Assembly: GCF_016432865.1 (NCBI RefSeq)
Contig: NC_067404.1
Location: forward strand, 54,002,001-54,066,000
Source: Antechinus flavipes
Taxonomy: Eukaryota
DNA length: 64,000 nucleotides
Direction: 5' to 3'
Both the position numbers and the translations under genes were made by a program. The notes below the pieces were generated by a model. It was not told where the DNA came from. It did not search any database and saw only the letters and a program-made list of their open reading frames with translations. This document shows, piece by piece, positions 47,436 to 61,168 of this stretch (its first letter is position 1; every line of letters starts with the position of its first letter).

Positions 47436-48581
47436 GAGAGCGAGGACCATTCCTTTCTCCCTCCCGGGAAATACTCTTATTTCATCCACTGGGGATGGGC
47501 CCCCACCTTAGCCTGATGACTCTCTCCCCTTCAGAAAGCTGGTGTTCACATGCGCAGAGCTGGCTTTGGCTAGCTGGGTGGGGATAGTGGAGAGAGCAGG
47601 AGTAGTTTTACAAATCTCTCTGGTCTCCTTTGAGCTGCAGAGGACTTGGGGTTGAGGAATGGAGTCTTAAAAGCTTTACTGCATCCACCCAAAAGCCCCG
47701 GGTGGCGGCAAAAATATCGCGTGATATTTTTAGAGGGGAAAAATGGTGGACCTCGTGCTGGGCTTGGGCAGACCCCCTCGGCCGAAATATCTTGAAGCCT
47801 GTGTTTCTCTTCTGTAGATTGTAACCTCTGAGATCCTCAGAAGTCATTGAGTCCAGTCTCCTGGGAGGGAAGAGATGTGGCCAAGGTCACACCAGTTGAA
47901 AGTGACAGAATTGGGCCAGATCAGTGGTCTTTGTAGTTCATCCACCATAAAGCCTTATACTGCACACTGGACTAGGAATTAGGAGAACTGGATTTAATCC
48001 TTAATTAGTTGTGTCCTTAGGCCGATCACTTTTTTCTCGGAGCCTCAATCTGTTCCATTATAACACAAGGGAGTTGGATCCATGTTAATAATCCCCTTTC
48101 CAGCTCTAATGATGTATGTCTGAGTGACCTCGCCTGTAAAATAGGCATAATGGTGTTCTAATTCCCCTTCCTCACAAGCTTGTTTTGAAAAACGAGTGAC
48201 AGGCATATAAAAACTTTTTGTAATCCTAAAATGCTAGCAAAAATATAAGCAGTTGACTTTCAAAATAAGGCTAACCAATAAGCAATTCTGTTCCCATGAA
48301 TGCGTGATAAAAATAAAGCATCTGTACTGAGAGAAGAGATACAAAGTAGTGCAGGGGGAGGAGGAACCTTTGCTGGTATGTAATCTTAGACCTTGGTTCT
48401 CATTGTCTTAACTGTTAAAGCTACACAGAGGGAAACAAGTTAACATTTTGTAGCAGTAAGGAACCTGGTGGAGATATGCCCCCACCAAGTGAACTGGCAA
48501 GACAGAACCAGTACTGACCCTGACCATTATGGGATGGCAAACTAATGCTGTTGTTTATTCTCTTTAATTCTTGTGTCAAAG

Positions 48582-48688
48582 GTGATCATTCGGAGGTTGC
48601 CTCCTACTTTGACCAAGGAACAGCTTGAAGAACACCTTCAACCTCTGCCTGAACATGATTATTTTGAGTTCTTTGCAAATGACTCTAG
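48582..48688 (+). CDS. UPF3B: UPF3B exon 2 (107 nt; RRM-like UPF2-binding domain)
   Basis: aaag|VIIRRLPPTLTKEQLEEHLQPLPEHDYFEFFANDS(S)|gtaaaa. Confidence 0.97.
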
Positions 48689-48869
48689 GTAAAAATAAAT
48701 CAATCAATAAAAATATTTTTGCTTGTTTTTTTAAAGCTTCATTAGCGCTTGTCTCGCTAATGCTTCTCATTATGCTTTGGGGCCTATCTCCAAACAGAAT
48801 TAATATGCATGTTTGCCACTCAGCCAGGCACCTATAAGCACATTGACATTTTGTTCTTTCTCTCTGCAG

Positions 48870-48976
48870 TCTGTATCCTCATATGTTTTCTAGAGCATAC
48901 ATCAACTTTAAAAACCAAGAGGACATTGTTTTGTTCAGGGATCGATTTGATGGTTATGTTTTCGTCGACCATAAAG
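48870..48976 (+). CDS. UPF3B: UPF3B exon 3 (107 nt)
   Basis: tgcag|LYPHMFSRAYINFKNQEDIVLFRDRFDGYVFVDHK(G)|gtgagt. Confidence 0.97.
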
Positions 48977-51900
48977 GTGAGTCCTGGTAACTGATGCAAA
49001 GAGGGCCTTTGTTTGATACGCCTGCTTGCTTAGAAACCTGGTGTATCCTGTGTCAGTGCTATCCCAGGCTTTTAAAGCACTTGTATGTGGTACAGTACCA
49101 ATGACATTTTTACTTGGGCACTAACTTTAACACTCTTGCAAATATAAATCATGCCTTGATAGCGGAGACAGCACAGTAGGTGAAATACTAGATTTGGGTT
49201 TCAATTTTGCATCTCATACTAACTCTGTGGCCCCATTCAAGTTGTTTGAGCTCTCAAAACCAGAGACAGCTCTCTTAACACTTAACTCTAAGTTACATAC
49301 AAGTTTGGCTTGTAGAATTCCTTCTAGCTAGACAGACTAAGTCACAAGTCTTGGACTTCTTTAAAACAAACAAAAAACAACTTGACATTTTTAATCATAC
49401 CTAGAATTAGAACACTTTAATAGTCTTCCAGATTTCTTATTATTAGCCTCTTAGAAATCTGCCAATTCTTAACTGTTTATAAAGAACCTACTATATACTA
49501 AGTACTCTGCTAGGAAAGAGCCTGATACTTTAGAGTCAAGAAGATCTTAGCTTGATTCTAGCACTAACTCATTTTATCCCTTGGGGAAGTTATATCTCTT
49601 CTCCTGGCTCCCAAATCCTTCTAGATCTAGAACTGGAAGGAACCTCAGAGACCATTGAGCTTAGTCCCTTTATTTTTATAATCCAGCATATTATGGGGCA
49701 GTCACTAAAGATACCAGGTATCCAAGATAGGATGTCAACCCTAGGTTCTCTCATCCGTGATCCATCGCCCCTTCCATTGTGCCATGTTGTTTGTCCCTTC
49801 AGGCCCTGACAATCTAGGGTTCCCTGCTTTTTTCACAGGTTAGTAAAATGAAAGAATTTCCCATTGTTCACTGCCCATCTGATAAGAATTGTTGCCAGCT
49901 CTGGCCTGAATGATGCTTTGTTCTGAATGTTTGAATGATGTTGGCAGCTGTGTGGCTTTGTGTTCATGTAAAGGTATATAATGAATTTCGAATATTCTCT
50001 CCCAGTCCCAAGGATTCTTTGTTATTGACTCAATTGAGATCAAACTTTTTAAGCCATGGTATTCTAAGATGTTGTAAATGTCTTCCCTGATGGGACCATT
50101 TTTCCTGAAACTGGAAGAGTTCTAAGCCTAACCCCCCACCAATATACTCTAAAACACGGTAATCCACAGGTAATGCACCAATTATCACTCCGATTTTGTC
50201 TGTACAACTCTAGGTTAAAAATGAGCTGGGGGGGAGGGGGCTTTCAGGTTATCAGCAATCCTCCAACTTTAATGAGATGAAAGTCTTAAAAAAATGTTGT
50301 TTTGCTTTTTGTTTTATATCATGACATTAACATTTTAAATTGTCTTTATAAACTTAACATGAACAATATGAACGGTTCAGTTTGGGGAAAAAAAAAAAAA
50401 AACAGCAAAGAAGGGTGTATATGTCCCACTTTCATGTTCCTTAACCAACTCCCTTCCATGTGTTTTAAAGTTTTTGTTGACAACTGTTTTTCTTTTATCC
50501 TTTTTTCACCACTTTCACTGCCACTTTCCTTTTATAACAAGTGTATGGCCATATCTGAAACTGTATGCTTGCATACTCCGTCAGCTCTTTAAGAGTCTTC
50601 TGGAGACAGGACTCCGATTTTGAAAAGCGCTCTCTCCTGAATCAGTTCACTGTGCTTTGCATCAATTCATTCTATTCCTTCTGGGTTTCTTGAATCCCTT
50701 ATATTCATTGTTTTGTTCCAAGAAATTCTATTACATTACATTCATAGGCTTGAATTTATCCAGCCATTCTCCTCATTCAGTTGTTACCCACCTTGTTCTT
50801 TGCTACCACAAAAAGAAGTGCTATAAATATTTTTGTGCACATGAGTCCTTTTCTTCCAATTTTGGCCCCTTTGGGTGGGTATAGGCCAAGTAGTGTTATC
50901 ACTGGGTCCAAGGGCACACACAGTTTAATAACTTATCAGTAGATCCTTTTCAGAGAATGTACCAATAGCAGTTGAACCAACATTAGAGTTTCAAAGTTAA
51001 TTTTTAGTTTTAATTATCATTTTTATACACGTATATAATAATGATAATTAAAATTAGATTTTAACATGAGAAAGAGCTCATCTTTTTTAATATATATTTT
51101 TTAAAAATCCAACTGGCTAATGTGGTAAGTGGTATGTTTGTCTCAGCGGAGGTGTCTGAGCAAATATGGAATGGCTCAAGAAAGGCCGTGGAAGAAGTTC
51201 CTGTAGTAAATGGAAAAAAGTCAGAAAGTCTTAGCCTTCCTCTGTCATAAGGAAAATGAATTAGAATCAGGATAGCTTTTTATCAGTTGGCTAATTTCAG
51301 TATTCTTAGAAATAATTTTGAATTTTGTTTTTGCAGAAAAAATAAAAAATGAATTGTCTCTGAATTTTTAATGATGCTGATTCAGAATCTGTCTTATTAC
51401 AGTATGCAGCTAAATACAGTTGTTAGCCATTAGATAACAGGAAAAAAAAATGAATTTAAGGTCCCTCACCAAGGTTTTTGGAGGATTTCTCTTTGCTCTC
51501 TTTCTTTAATAGTTCACCATTCTGAAAAGACTACTTCCTCTTGCTGTCTCTGTTTCTTCTCCCCACAAATCATTATTAACCTCTTTATAGCCTGATAATA
51601 TCTGTAGTAACCTTCTAATGGGCTTATTGTGAGGCTAATGAAATTCATGTCAAGTCATTTCAGAGGGAGAAAGCAATGTTCATATTTCAAGGTGAATCTA
51701 TACAGAACATCAAGAGCTCTGGGAGAATGATTTAATCTTCTGTAAAAACCACAATTTAAAAACACACAAAAAGAACAAATCACTGATCGTTTTGAGATAG
51801 AAATTTTTGTAAACTGTTTGTTACTTTCTGTAACAGCTTACAACCTTTTAGCAGATACCTTAGGTCATGATGATGATTCATGGTCCTTTAATTTATTCTG

Positions 51901-52719
51901 TGCCTTTCATGGGCTCAGGGCTTTTGTTGAATAGAACTGTTGGGCACTTATCATAAATGGTCCAGAAACTGTGGTTCCATCTATGCTTGTCTCCTTCCTT
52001 CTTATCACCTGCTACTTTCTGCTCCTGCTTGTATTTTTTCCTTCTACAGAGGGTGGGTTTGGAAATCAGATAATAAAAATGGTTGGATTTGTGTGATCTT
52101 TGTGATCATATGGAAGCCATTTCTCTTAGGTTTATAGATGTAGAGCCAAGGGGAGAGGGGTCATGTGATTTAGTTTAACCCCTTCGTTTTTTCAGATGTG
52201 CAAACTGAACTCCAGGACATAATTTGTCCAAGGTCACACAGGTTGCAGAGCTGGGTGTTTGAACGCTGGTCTTAGTCCACTCTAGTGCGTTTCCCATAAC
52301 AGGATGTTGTTTTTCCTTCCTCTGAAGTTTCTTGACATTTGCCTATGGTGGCAGTGATCCCATTCTATGTTGTATTATGTTAGGTGTTTACAGGTTGTAT
52401 CTAATTTTATACTTTTGCCTGTAAAGTTCAGGTTTTTTTTTTAACTTCCTGCTTTTAATTTTCTGCTTTATTTCAAGTAGATGAGGAATTGTGTTTCTTT
52501 TCAATAAATCTGTGAATAGAGAACTTCCAATGAGGAAACTGCTTCTTTTTTGGCACTTATTTTGCAAGTTGTACTTTGGGGAAACTGAGACGCATGTGAC
52601 TTGCCTAGGGTTATATAGCCAGTATATGTTAGAGGTAGGACTTAAGTCTGTTATTTTTATTCTTTCTTTTTCTCTCTTTTCTTCCTTCTTTCCCTCCTTC
52701 CTTCCCTCCCTTCCTCTCT

Positions 52720-52980
52720 GCTCAGCTGAATAGTAAAGTAGATAAAGAGTGCTGGGCCTGGAATCAGGAAGATGCATCTTCCTGAGTTCAAATTTGTCTT
52801 CAGATACCTATTAGCTGTGTGACCCTGGACAAGTCACTTCACCCTGATTATTTCAGTTTCCTCTTCTGTAAAATGAACTGGAGAAAGAAATGGCAAACCA
52901 TCTAGTACCATTGCCAAGAAAACGCTAGGTGGGGCTCACAAAATTGGGACACAACTGAAACTATTGGATGACAACAACCT
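52720..52980 (+). mobile_element. MAR1-like CORE SINE with RTE-derived tail
   Basis: gggcctggaatcaggaag...gagttcaaat...ctggagaaagaaatggcaaacca...gacacaactgaa...gacaacaac. Confidence 0.8.
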
Positions 52981-53592
52981 CCAGCCTCACATACATGGAT
53001 TCCTTACATGTCATCCCCTCTAAGACTGAAGGACCCTTTTATAAGGTTTTTTTTAAGGTGATGAACTCAACCTGTAAAAGTATTTTCGTTCCTTTCTAAG
53101 TTGTCTTTTTTCCTGTTAGCTGAGCTTTCTGGGTTACAGAAAACCCAGTAACCTAGTTCATAGTATTTCTCTTGATGGTAAGAGGTGAGAACCTTCTTGG
53201 GGAAAGTAACCTAGTAGACTACAAAGAGCCTTGGATTTGTTGTCAGAAGTCTTGGTTGGTCCTTTAGACCCTTATGAGTCTGGACAAGTCACTTCCCTTC
53301 CTTGGGTCTGGGGACATGGGGGTGGGTGGGCAGAGTAAGTGGGTGGACACCTTTCAGGTGTGAGCCCAAGATCATCTGGCATGATTTTAAATTATTGCCT
53401 TTATAAAAGCATGTGTTCTTGCCAAGTGACCATCTTTTAGCCTGTTTGTTCATGTGTAAAACCCAGGCTGAAACCTGGGTAAAACCACCTACCTCTTGTT
53501 TTTGTAGCAGCACGTGGAGAACCCACGAGAACCATAAAAATATATATGAACAATTTTTTTGGGGGGGGTTATTGTGTTATTTTTCCAAACAG

Positions 53593-53691
53593 GTCAGGAG
53601 TATCCTGCCATAGTGGAATTCGCTCCTTTCCAAAAATCAGCAAAAAAGAAGAACAAGAAGAAAGATGCCAAAAGTGGGACTATTGAGGATG
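53593..53691 (+). CDS. UPF3B: UPF3B exon 4 (99 nt)
   Basis: aacag|(G)QEYPAIVEFAPFQKSAKKKNKKKDAKSGTIED(D)|gtacga. Confidence 0.97.
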
Positions 53692-55709
53692 GTACGATAC
53701 CACTGTGGTGGTATATGGGGCCAGAGTTGAGGGGGGGAGGGAAGGGAGAACTTGCTTTTTAAAAAAAAATTTATTTTTGCAAGAGGTGAAGTTGATCAGA
53801 TATAATTCCACAGTGGGGACTAGAATGTTAAGTTGTTAATCTTTAGAAGGAAGTTGGAAATCCGATAAACAATGCTGCTTTTCTCTAGCTAACTGAATTT
53901 TATTTATAGTTTCAGGGAAACAGTGTAGTCAGTAAAAACAGTATTTCTGTTGCTACTTTTGACGGTAGTGATGAGGACCTTTGTTTACCAGATGAAGATA
54001 CCCTCAAATACACCAAAAGAGATGCTACTGTTTGACCTAGAGCCTCAGTTTCCTCTTCTCTAAAATGAGGGGCTTGGACTGGTTGGCCTCTGAGGTTGCT
54101 ACAGACCATGTTAACAGAAATGGCTTTGGTTTCCATTTCTGCCATCTTCGCAAATACAAAATCTAGACAAGGTTGGTCACTCCGGTCTGGAGGATGAGCA
54201 CCTCATCAAGTTGTAGTCTTTCTTTTGATTTTTTTTTAGCATGACTTGGGATTAATGTTTAATTGGTCACTATATTCTAAATTTAGAACATTCATTTACA
54301 CGTATGTCGATAGTGGTCTGACCCCATCAGCTCAAATCCATAGACAGGCAATAGTTGGTGACCGTAGCTCCTGATCTTCGGCCAAACTCTGAAATGAAAA
54401 GATGCCCCCGACAGCAGCTCCTCCCCAAGCTTTTCAAAATCGAGGGACTTGTTTTGCTCCCCAGTAGTAGACCTAGCTCTTGTGTTCACCTGAGCTTTTT
54501 ACAAAGGCACCCAAAGCAAGCATAGCTTGTATTTTATAAGAAAGTGCAGTGTAAACCTGATAACACATTGCTTATTATATTATGAATTGAGATCATCAGC
54601 CTTTGGATCAGGTCACATCAATTCTACCTTGCATTCCAAATGGTTTTTTTATTTGAAAAACAAGGGTTGTAATAATGACTAGCATTTTTATGATGCTTTA
54701 AGATTGCAGAGTACCATGATGTTCTTTCCTTTGTCCCTTACAATAGCCTGGGGGGAAGGGGCTGTTATTACTACTCATTTTACTGAGAGCTGAGAGCTTG
54801 GGTCATTTGCTCAGGATCACACAACTGAGATGTTGGAGTCTGGATTTGAACTCTGATCTTCCTGATACCAAGTCCTGCACTCTTAACTACTTTGTCAGCT
54901 GACTTTGAGCAAGCCACTCAACCTTTGTGGACCTCAGTTTCCTCCTCTGTTAAATGGGGATAAAATGGGGAGAGGTGTGTGTTAGATAATTCTCTCCAGC
55001 TCAGAGTCTTGTGAAACACATGCCCTTTGTCACCAAAAATGCCATGTTCCAGAACTGACCTTAGATCTCCTTGAGGTGGTATGAGCTGCATCTTCACAGT
55101 TCCAATATAAGTGTATTTCATGTTTTCCTGAAGAATTCTACAAAAACAAATGTAGAGTAAAATCTAGGTACCTTAGAGAAGCTTCCTATTTAATGGACTC
55201 ATGTTTGGAGAGAGCAGTTATTGACCCAAATTTTATTTGTGTAAATTCTGATTTTCATATTGAATTTATTTCAATCAACAGACATTTATTAAATGTCTAC
55301 TGTGGACCAAGACTTAGGACAAGTCCTAGGAATGTGAAAAGAGACCTAGAATAGTCCCTCCCCTTCAGGAGCTTAAATCTAATATTTAAAGAGAGGTTTG
55401 CAGGAAAAAGTATCCTATTAATTCTGTTGTCTGCAGATACTATCACAGTGAAGCCTCTTGTCAGTGTGAGGTTGACTAGTGTTGCAGCTTTTAAAAAGGG
55501 GGGGTGTTGGGATGGAGCAAGTTCTCCCCACACATGTTTTCGTATCAAAGAGCCAAAGCAATAAAATCTCAAGTACTCTTTTCTTTGTCCTCTTTTGGGA
55601 AACCCAAAGTGGAGTTTGCAAAAAAGTAGTGAGGGAATCCTTCTGACAGACTTGTATGCAGTCTGACACCAAAAGGCTGCCATATTTACTTCCTCAATTC
55701 CATATTTAG

Positions 55710-55820
55710 ACCCTGAGTACAAGAAGTTTTTGGAGAGTTATTGTGCAGAGGAAGAGAAACTGACGTCTACCCCGGAGACTCTGTTAGAAGAAATAGAAGC
55801 AAGAAATAAAGAGCTGATAG
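55710..55820 (+). CDS. UPF3B: UPF3B exon 5 (111 nt)
   Basis: tttag|(D)PEYKKFLESYCAEEEKLTSTPETLLEEIEARNKELI(A)|gtaagg. Confidence 0.97.
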
Positions 55821-56169
55821 GTAAGGGAGAAGGGAGGGCAGAGAGAACACCTTTCAGGTAATGTGTGCTCCCTTAAAGGGTCGTGAGTTTTATTAAATTT
55901 TACGATATCGTTTATTATGAACACGTTGCTATTCTGTAAATAATTGGTAAGTGCCAATCTTGGGAGTGTATTAATGGGGAGTGTTATTGATGTTTTGGGT
56001 TTTTCAGTCAGTAACTTTTGGATAAGAGTTAAATAAAGCACATTTGATAGCATACATGGCATTATATGCCTATAATCATCCACCTTCCTGCCTAAAGTCT
56101 CTTCTCTTGGGACTAAGGTTCAGTCTCCCAGTCACCCAAAGTCTGTTCACATGATTGGGGTCATTGTCT

Positions 56170-56490
56170 TACCTTGTTCTCTCTTCGCTCTTCCTTGGTT
56201 CATACAAGCCTTCCCATGTTTCTCTGTATTCCTATGTTTGTTATTTCTTTTAGTGGAATAACATTCCATTGTATTCATAGATCCCACTTTGTTCAGCCGG
56301 TTCTCAGCTGTTCTCCAATCAATGGGCACCTACTTTGTTTCCAGTTTTTTGCTGTGGCAAAAAGAGCTGCTATGAAAACCTTTGTATATTGTGGGGCCTT
56401 TCTATTTTTTTTTAAATCTTCTGGGGGGTATAGAGGTTTAAGGATTGTAAATTTTAGGACCTTTGAAAAACTTCTGGTAAGTTTTTGAAG
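56170..56490 (-). mobile_element. Old L1 ORF2-end fragment (antisense)
   Basis: ttccattgtattcata...cagctgttctccaatcaatgggcacc...aaaagagctgcta is the reverse complement of an L1 ORF2 terminus. Confidence 0.75.
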
Positions 56491-56599
56491 ATGTTTTGGT
56501 GTTTTCTTCTACTTAGAAATGAGTAATTCTAGCTAAAATATTATCCATAAGCCTCCGTGCCAGATCCTGTTCTCTTCTCCCTATATACTGTTGACCTTG

Positions 56600-57660
56600 G
56601 CGAGCCTGTGTGCTTCCACGACGAGTTCAGTGATAATCTGTGCAGATGGTTCCTGGTTCCCTTTGTCCAGACCTGTCTTCTCCCCTAGAGGCCAATCCGG
56701 CATTACCAACTTACCCACTGAACATTTCAAACTGGAGGGTTCCATGGTATCTCATATTCAACATAAATAAATCTAATGCTGTTGTAGGACTGACGTTCTT
56801 CTGGTTACCCAGGTTCACAGTGTGTCATCCGGGATGTCGCCCTTCCTTACCTCCCATCCAATCAGTTGCCAAATTTTATTTGTTTGTTTTTTCCTACCTC
56901 CCTCACATATCTCTAATCTGTCCTTCTCACCACTCCCATAGCCACCGGCCTAGTTGAGGGCCTCATCCCTTCTCACCTAGGCTTATTGCAGTAGCTTCCT
57001 ATTTGACTTGCTTTTAAGTCTCCTTCAAGTCCAATCCCCTTCTCAGCTTCCAGAATGATTTTCCTTAAAGCCAGGTCTGAGCATACCATTTCCCAACTCG
57101 GTGAACTCCAGTGGCTCCCTTTGATCTTTAAGCCAGAATCCAAACTCATCTGCTTGGCTTCTAAAGCCTATTGAAATCAGGTTCCTACCCTTCTTTTCCA
57201 GCCTAGTACGCTTGACTCTTGAACTTTGCATTATGGCCATGCTAGCCTTTTCTCTGTTCCTCACATATGGCACTTCATCTCCCATCTCCACACCTTTGCA
57301 TTAGCTCTGCCCTATTCCTGAAATGAAATCCTTCACGTTGTTTGGCCTGTCTACTTTTCTAATAAACTCAACACAAGGCTTCTCTACACAGCCTTCTCTG
57401 GTTCTTCATCCCTGTCTTTTCTCTCCCCCCCCCCACCAAAAAAAAAATGATCACCTTGTATTTATTCTGGATCTGCTTATACCTGCTGGTTTTCCCTCTC
57501 CTTTTGTTCTCCGCGCCCCCCCCCCCCCCGCCCATGCCCCCCATTCCCTTCCACAATCAGCATTGAGTTGTTGAGAACAAAGGCTGTCTTTTGCTTTTCT
57601 TTGTATGTCTGCCATTTAACACAAGGCCTGGCACTTAAGCATTTGATAAACGTTTGCTAG
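56600..57660 (+). mobile_element. L2 LINE 3' fragment
   Basis: actgaacatttcaaactgg...caatcagttgccaaa...ttgcagtagcttcct...ttccttaaag...cctggcacttaagcatttgataaacgtttg. Confidence 0.7.
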
Positions 57661-58109
57661 TTGGTTGATGGGGGAAATAAAAGCCTTATAATGAATTGTT
57701 TCTTTTTCTTTGGCCTTGTCATAAAACCAAAAAAAAAAAATGTTTTCCTTAAAAGTCCAGGTATAACTGAATTCTTTCTTAAAGGTCGACTAGCTTCATT
57801 CATGTTATATAGTTGTTGCTGAAAAGGGGGAATTCGCTCCAGGATGATGTCCCTGACCTTAAATAAATAGCGCATCCCCTTTTGAAAGCCCAGAACCAAG
57901 ATCCTCTGTAAGAGCTCTCAATGAGCTACAAGGCATTGGACAAACGTAGGGATGATTTTTGCTACTATCGGTTTGAAACACAAAACTTTCTTCTGATGTG
58001 TTAGACATTTTCCTTTAAAGTCCATAATTTTCCTGGCCCTGGAGGTCAGAAGAAAGTTCTTTCTAGGTGTGTAATTGACACTGGATTTTCCCCCCTTATA
58101 TTTATGTAG

Positions 58110-58153
58110 CCAAGAAGACAACTCCCCTTTTGAACTTCTTGAAAAATAAACAG
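58110..58153 (+). CDS. UPF3B: UPF3B exon 6 (44 nt)
   Basis: atgtag|(A)KKTTPLLNFLKNKQ|gtaaga. Confidence 0.96.
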
Positions 58154-58664
58154 GTAAGAAATAATGTAGGTTCTCTTAATAAAACTGATCAGTTTTTTAC
58201 ACCGGACCAGAAAGTGGCTGGCGGGGAGGAAGGGGGAGGGTGGCCTTCCAAGCATGTGTGTGTGGTTGTTCCCAGCCACTTGGGCCCTTGAATAGGGAGT
58301 CTAATCTCACTGTTTTTTAGACTTGGCCCTTCTGCCTGACTGTGATAGTGAAGATACCAGGGAGCTCAAATGGACATAAAGTGCTTTGTAAACTTTAAAG
58401 CACCATTTAAATGTAAACTGCTTTTTTTGCATGGTGGTAATTAACTATCTTGTTGACTGGATGCCCTTTGTTTTTTTTGGAAGCCACCGGTAAGGCATTT
58501 AAGTGTCAAATTTTGCCTAGCTGGGCATCTCTCCTTCCTGGAGGAACGCAGGGTTGGATTCTGTGGACAGGACAGAGAAGGGAGGTTGTCTTTGCTAGAT
58601 GCAGGGGTACCCGGTATGCTTCGTGGCCATCTTCTTTAAAAAGCTTTGACTCCTCTGTTTGTAG

Positions 58665-58853
58665 AGGATGAGAGAAGAGAAGAGAGAAGAGAGGCGACGG
58701 AGAGAGATCGAGAGAAAAAGGCAAAGAGAAGAAGAAAGGAGAAAATGGAAGGAAGAAGAGAGAAGAAAAAGAAAGGATACAGAGAAAATCAAGAAGATTG
58801 AGAGAGGTCCCGAAAAAGAGAGGGATAGATCAAAGGATGAACCAAAGATTAAG
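58665..58853 (+). CDS. UPF3B: UPF3B exon 7 (189 nt, charged coiled-coil)
   Basis: ttgtag|RMREEKREERRRREIERKRQREEERRKWKEEE...KDEPKIK|gtatga. Confidence 0.97.
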
Positions 58854-59955
58854 GTATGAAATCCATGTTGCAGAAAAGTCGCATGGAACACCTTCCCGAA
58901 ACATGTATGGAGTGTCCGTGTATTGAGTGTCGGTGTAGCTGAAATAAAGTTTCTTGTGGCAAACCAATAAAGCAACCTTTTTTCCTCCAACACTATCATT
59001 TTATTCTGAGAAGTGGGAAGCCCTTGAGATCATTAAGCAGCACCTCTTATACCATTTAATTTGTCATTACAAATTTTGTCCTTTCTTTGATCCATTTTTG
59101 CCAGTTAACATGCTCCATTATTAGATTTCTACTTGTTTCATTTTCCTAGGAAATAAGTCCTTTGGGTGGCTGGGGGTGGGGTGAGGTGGGGTGCGGTGCG
59201 GTAGAACTTAATCCACATTTTCCTTCACACTGACACTCAATCAGGTTGGCTTGTCTGTGTGTTTTCCCACTGTCTTAGGGTACACAGGTTAGAAACTGCA
59301 AATCACCAGAATGCCAGTGCCCTGCACAGTGGAATCCAGTTTAGTACTTTGTCATAAGACCAGATCTTACAAAGTGATTGGGGTGCTAGGGTTAGCAGTG
59401 AAAACACCTAGTAGTCCTGCGAGCAGGGCTCAGTGCCAAACCACAGGCCCACTGACTTCTCTTTGCTGCATTTCCATAGCTCATGGAGGAAGAAGAGCTG
59501 ATTTGAGTCCCTCTCCCTCTCCCTCTTCCCTCTGCCTCCACTGTCTGCAGGTTAGGGCCTAGGGGTGTTTGGGCCTGCATGGCATTCTGCTCCCTCTTGT
59601 CAATGTTTCCCCATTGTGCACAGGACTCGACAGCCAGTGAGCAGCTCCCAGTCACATAGACTTCAAATGTCTCTTCAAGGAAAGAACTAGAGCTAGGCCC
59701 TGCTAGCTGCCCCTCCGGATTAGGGTTTGGGGAAGCTTTTGCTCTGCCACGTTTCATGGAATATTTGTTCCCTGACACTGGGGGAAAGGGGGGAAATTCA
59801 CCCCAAAGTGGGAATTGATCCTTCCTCTTCTACTCACAATGGGAGATCTGGTATTAATGTTATTCCCGTTACCCCCACACATTTGCTTCTCTTGGTGCTT
59901 AAGTCTCCTTAGTAAGCCCCCAGTTTGTTCACAAAGGATGAGAGATATCCTTGGG

Positions 59956-59997
59956 CTCTCTCTCTGTCTCTCTCTCTCTCTGTGTCTCTGTCTCTCT
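59956..59997. repeat. (CT)n/(GT) compound microsatellite
   Basis: ctctctctctgtctctctctctctctgtgtctctgtctctct. Confidence 0.9.
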
Positions 59998-61168
59998 GCC
60001 TGCCACCTTAGCTGTGACTTGTCCTTTCCCCACCTCTTTCCAACGAGGCAGCTACCCATAAGCAGGAGACCCATTTATTTGCATTTCTATTAGAATACTG
60101 AGTATTCTGGCTTCTAATGTGCAGTCAACTCCTCTCCACAGAAGATGCCTATTGGAGAGCGAAGAAGAACATACGCTATGGACCAGCAGTGTGATACCCA
60201 CCTAGGATGATGCTTTGCCTGTCATGCTGTTCAGATTGGACTTGAGCCCTTTGCAAGGGACTCGTTTGTTTCTGCTTAATTAGCTCCTGCTTCAGTGTGT
60301 GCTGTGCTATTATGCCCTTCGCTCAGTGACGTAGCGCTGCATGAAGCCTTTGTCCTAAGACTTGGAATTATGTTTTCGATAAGAATATATCTTGATACTA
60401 TCCATCATTTAGGGTTCTTTAGTGACAATTGGGGGCAGAGAAGGGGTTTTGTTTGAACACTAAGAGTCTTAGAGCTCACACCTGCCTGTGTGTTAGTCAG
60501 TTCTCTTTTAATAAGTCAACATTAAGTATCCCACTCCACCTCAGCAGAGATGGAACGGCAGTCTGTCCCCCTTGTACCATATGAGGCGTTTGGCTTTATT
60601 AACCAGCTGCTGGGTGGTTCTTAACCATTCAACCGGGTACCATCACAACAAAAAGCCTCAAATGAGGTAGATCTGTCCTTCGGTGACAGAGGTATTTGTC
60701 ACTCGGAGCATTAACCTGAACCAAACCCCGGCAGCACCCACTCACTGTGTGCTGTGTTTAGTTCATGCTGTGTTCTGCCAAAAGCATCACCAACCACAAT
60801 GGCCACGCTCCTTTGCTATGGACGACGTGCTAGGAATTGTGCGTTGGTCTTTCTAAAACTGAAGAGTGGGATCCTCTCACTACACAGTGAGCGAGCTGCC
60901 CAATTTCAGTGAGTGGGTGATGTGGACGCTGGTCTCGCCTCTTTAATAAGTCACCTTTCCCTGTACAGTATCTGTTAACCCGAGAACTGGAGTGCACCTT
61001 GCTCCATTTTCAGAGTGGGGAGCCAAATGAGAGTCACTGTGAGTGGCTTAAGGCTTAGATGGGCCAGAGTGTATTTTTCTTTAGGTATTTAAAATTTAAA
61101 GGGGGAAAAAAAGGGAACACTCTCCTTCTTTACCCCTCAAAATGAAAATAAACTTGTTCTTTTTCAAG

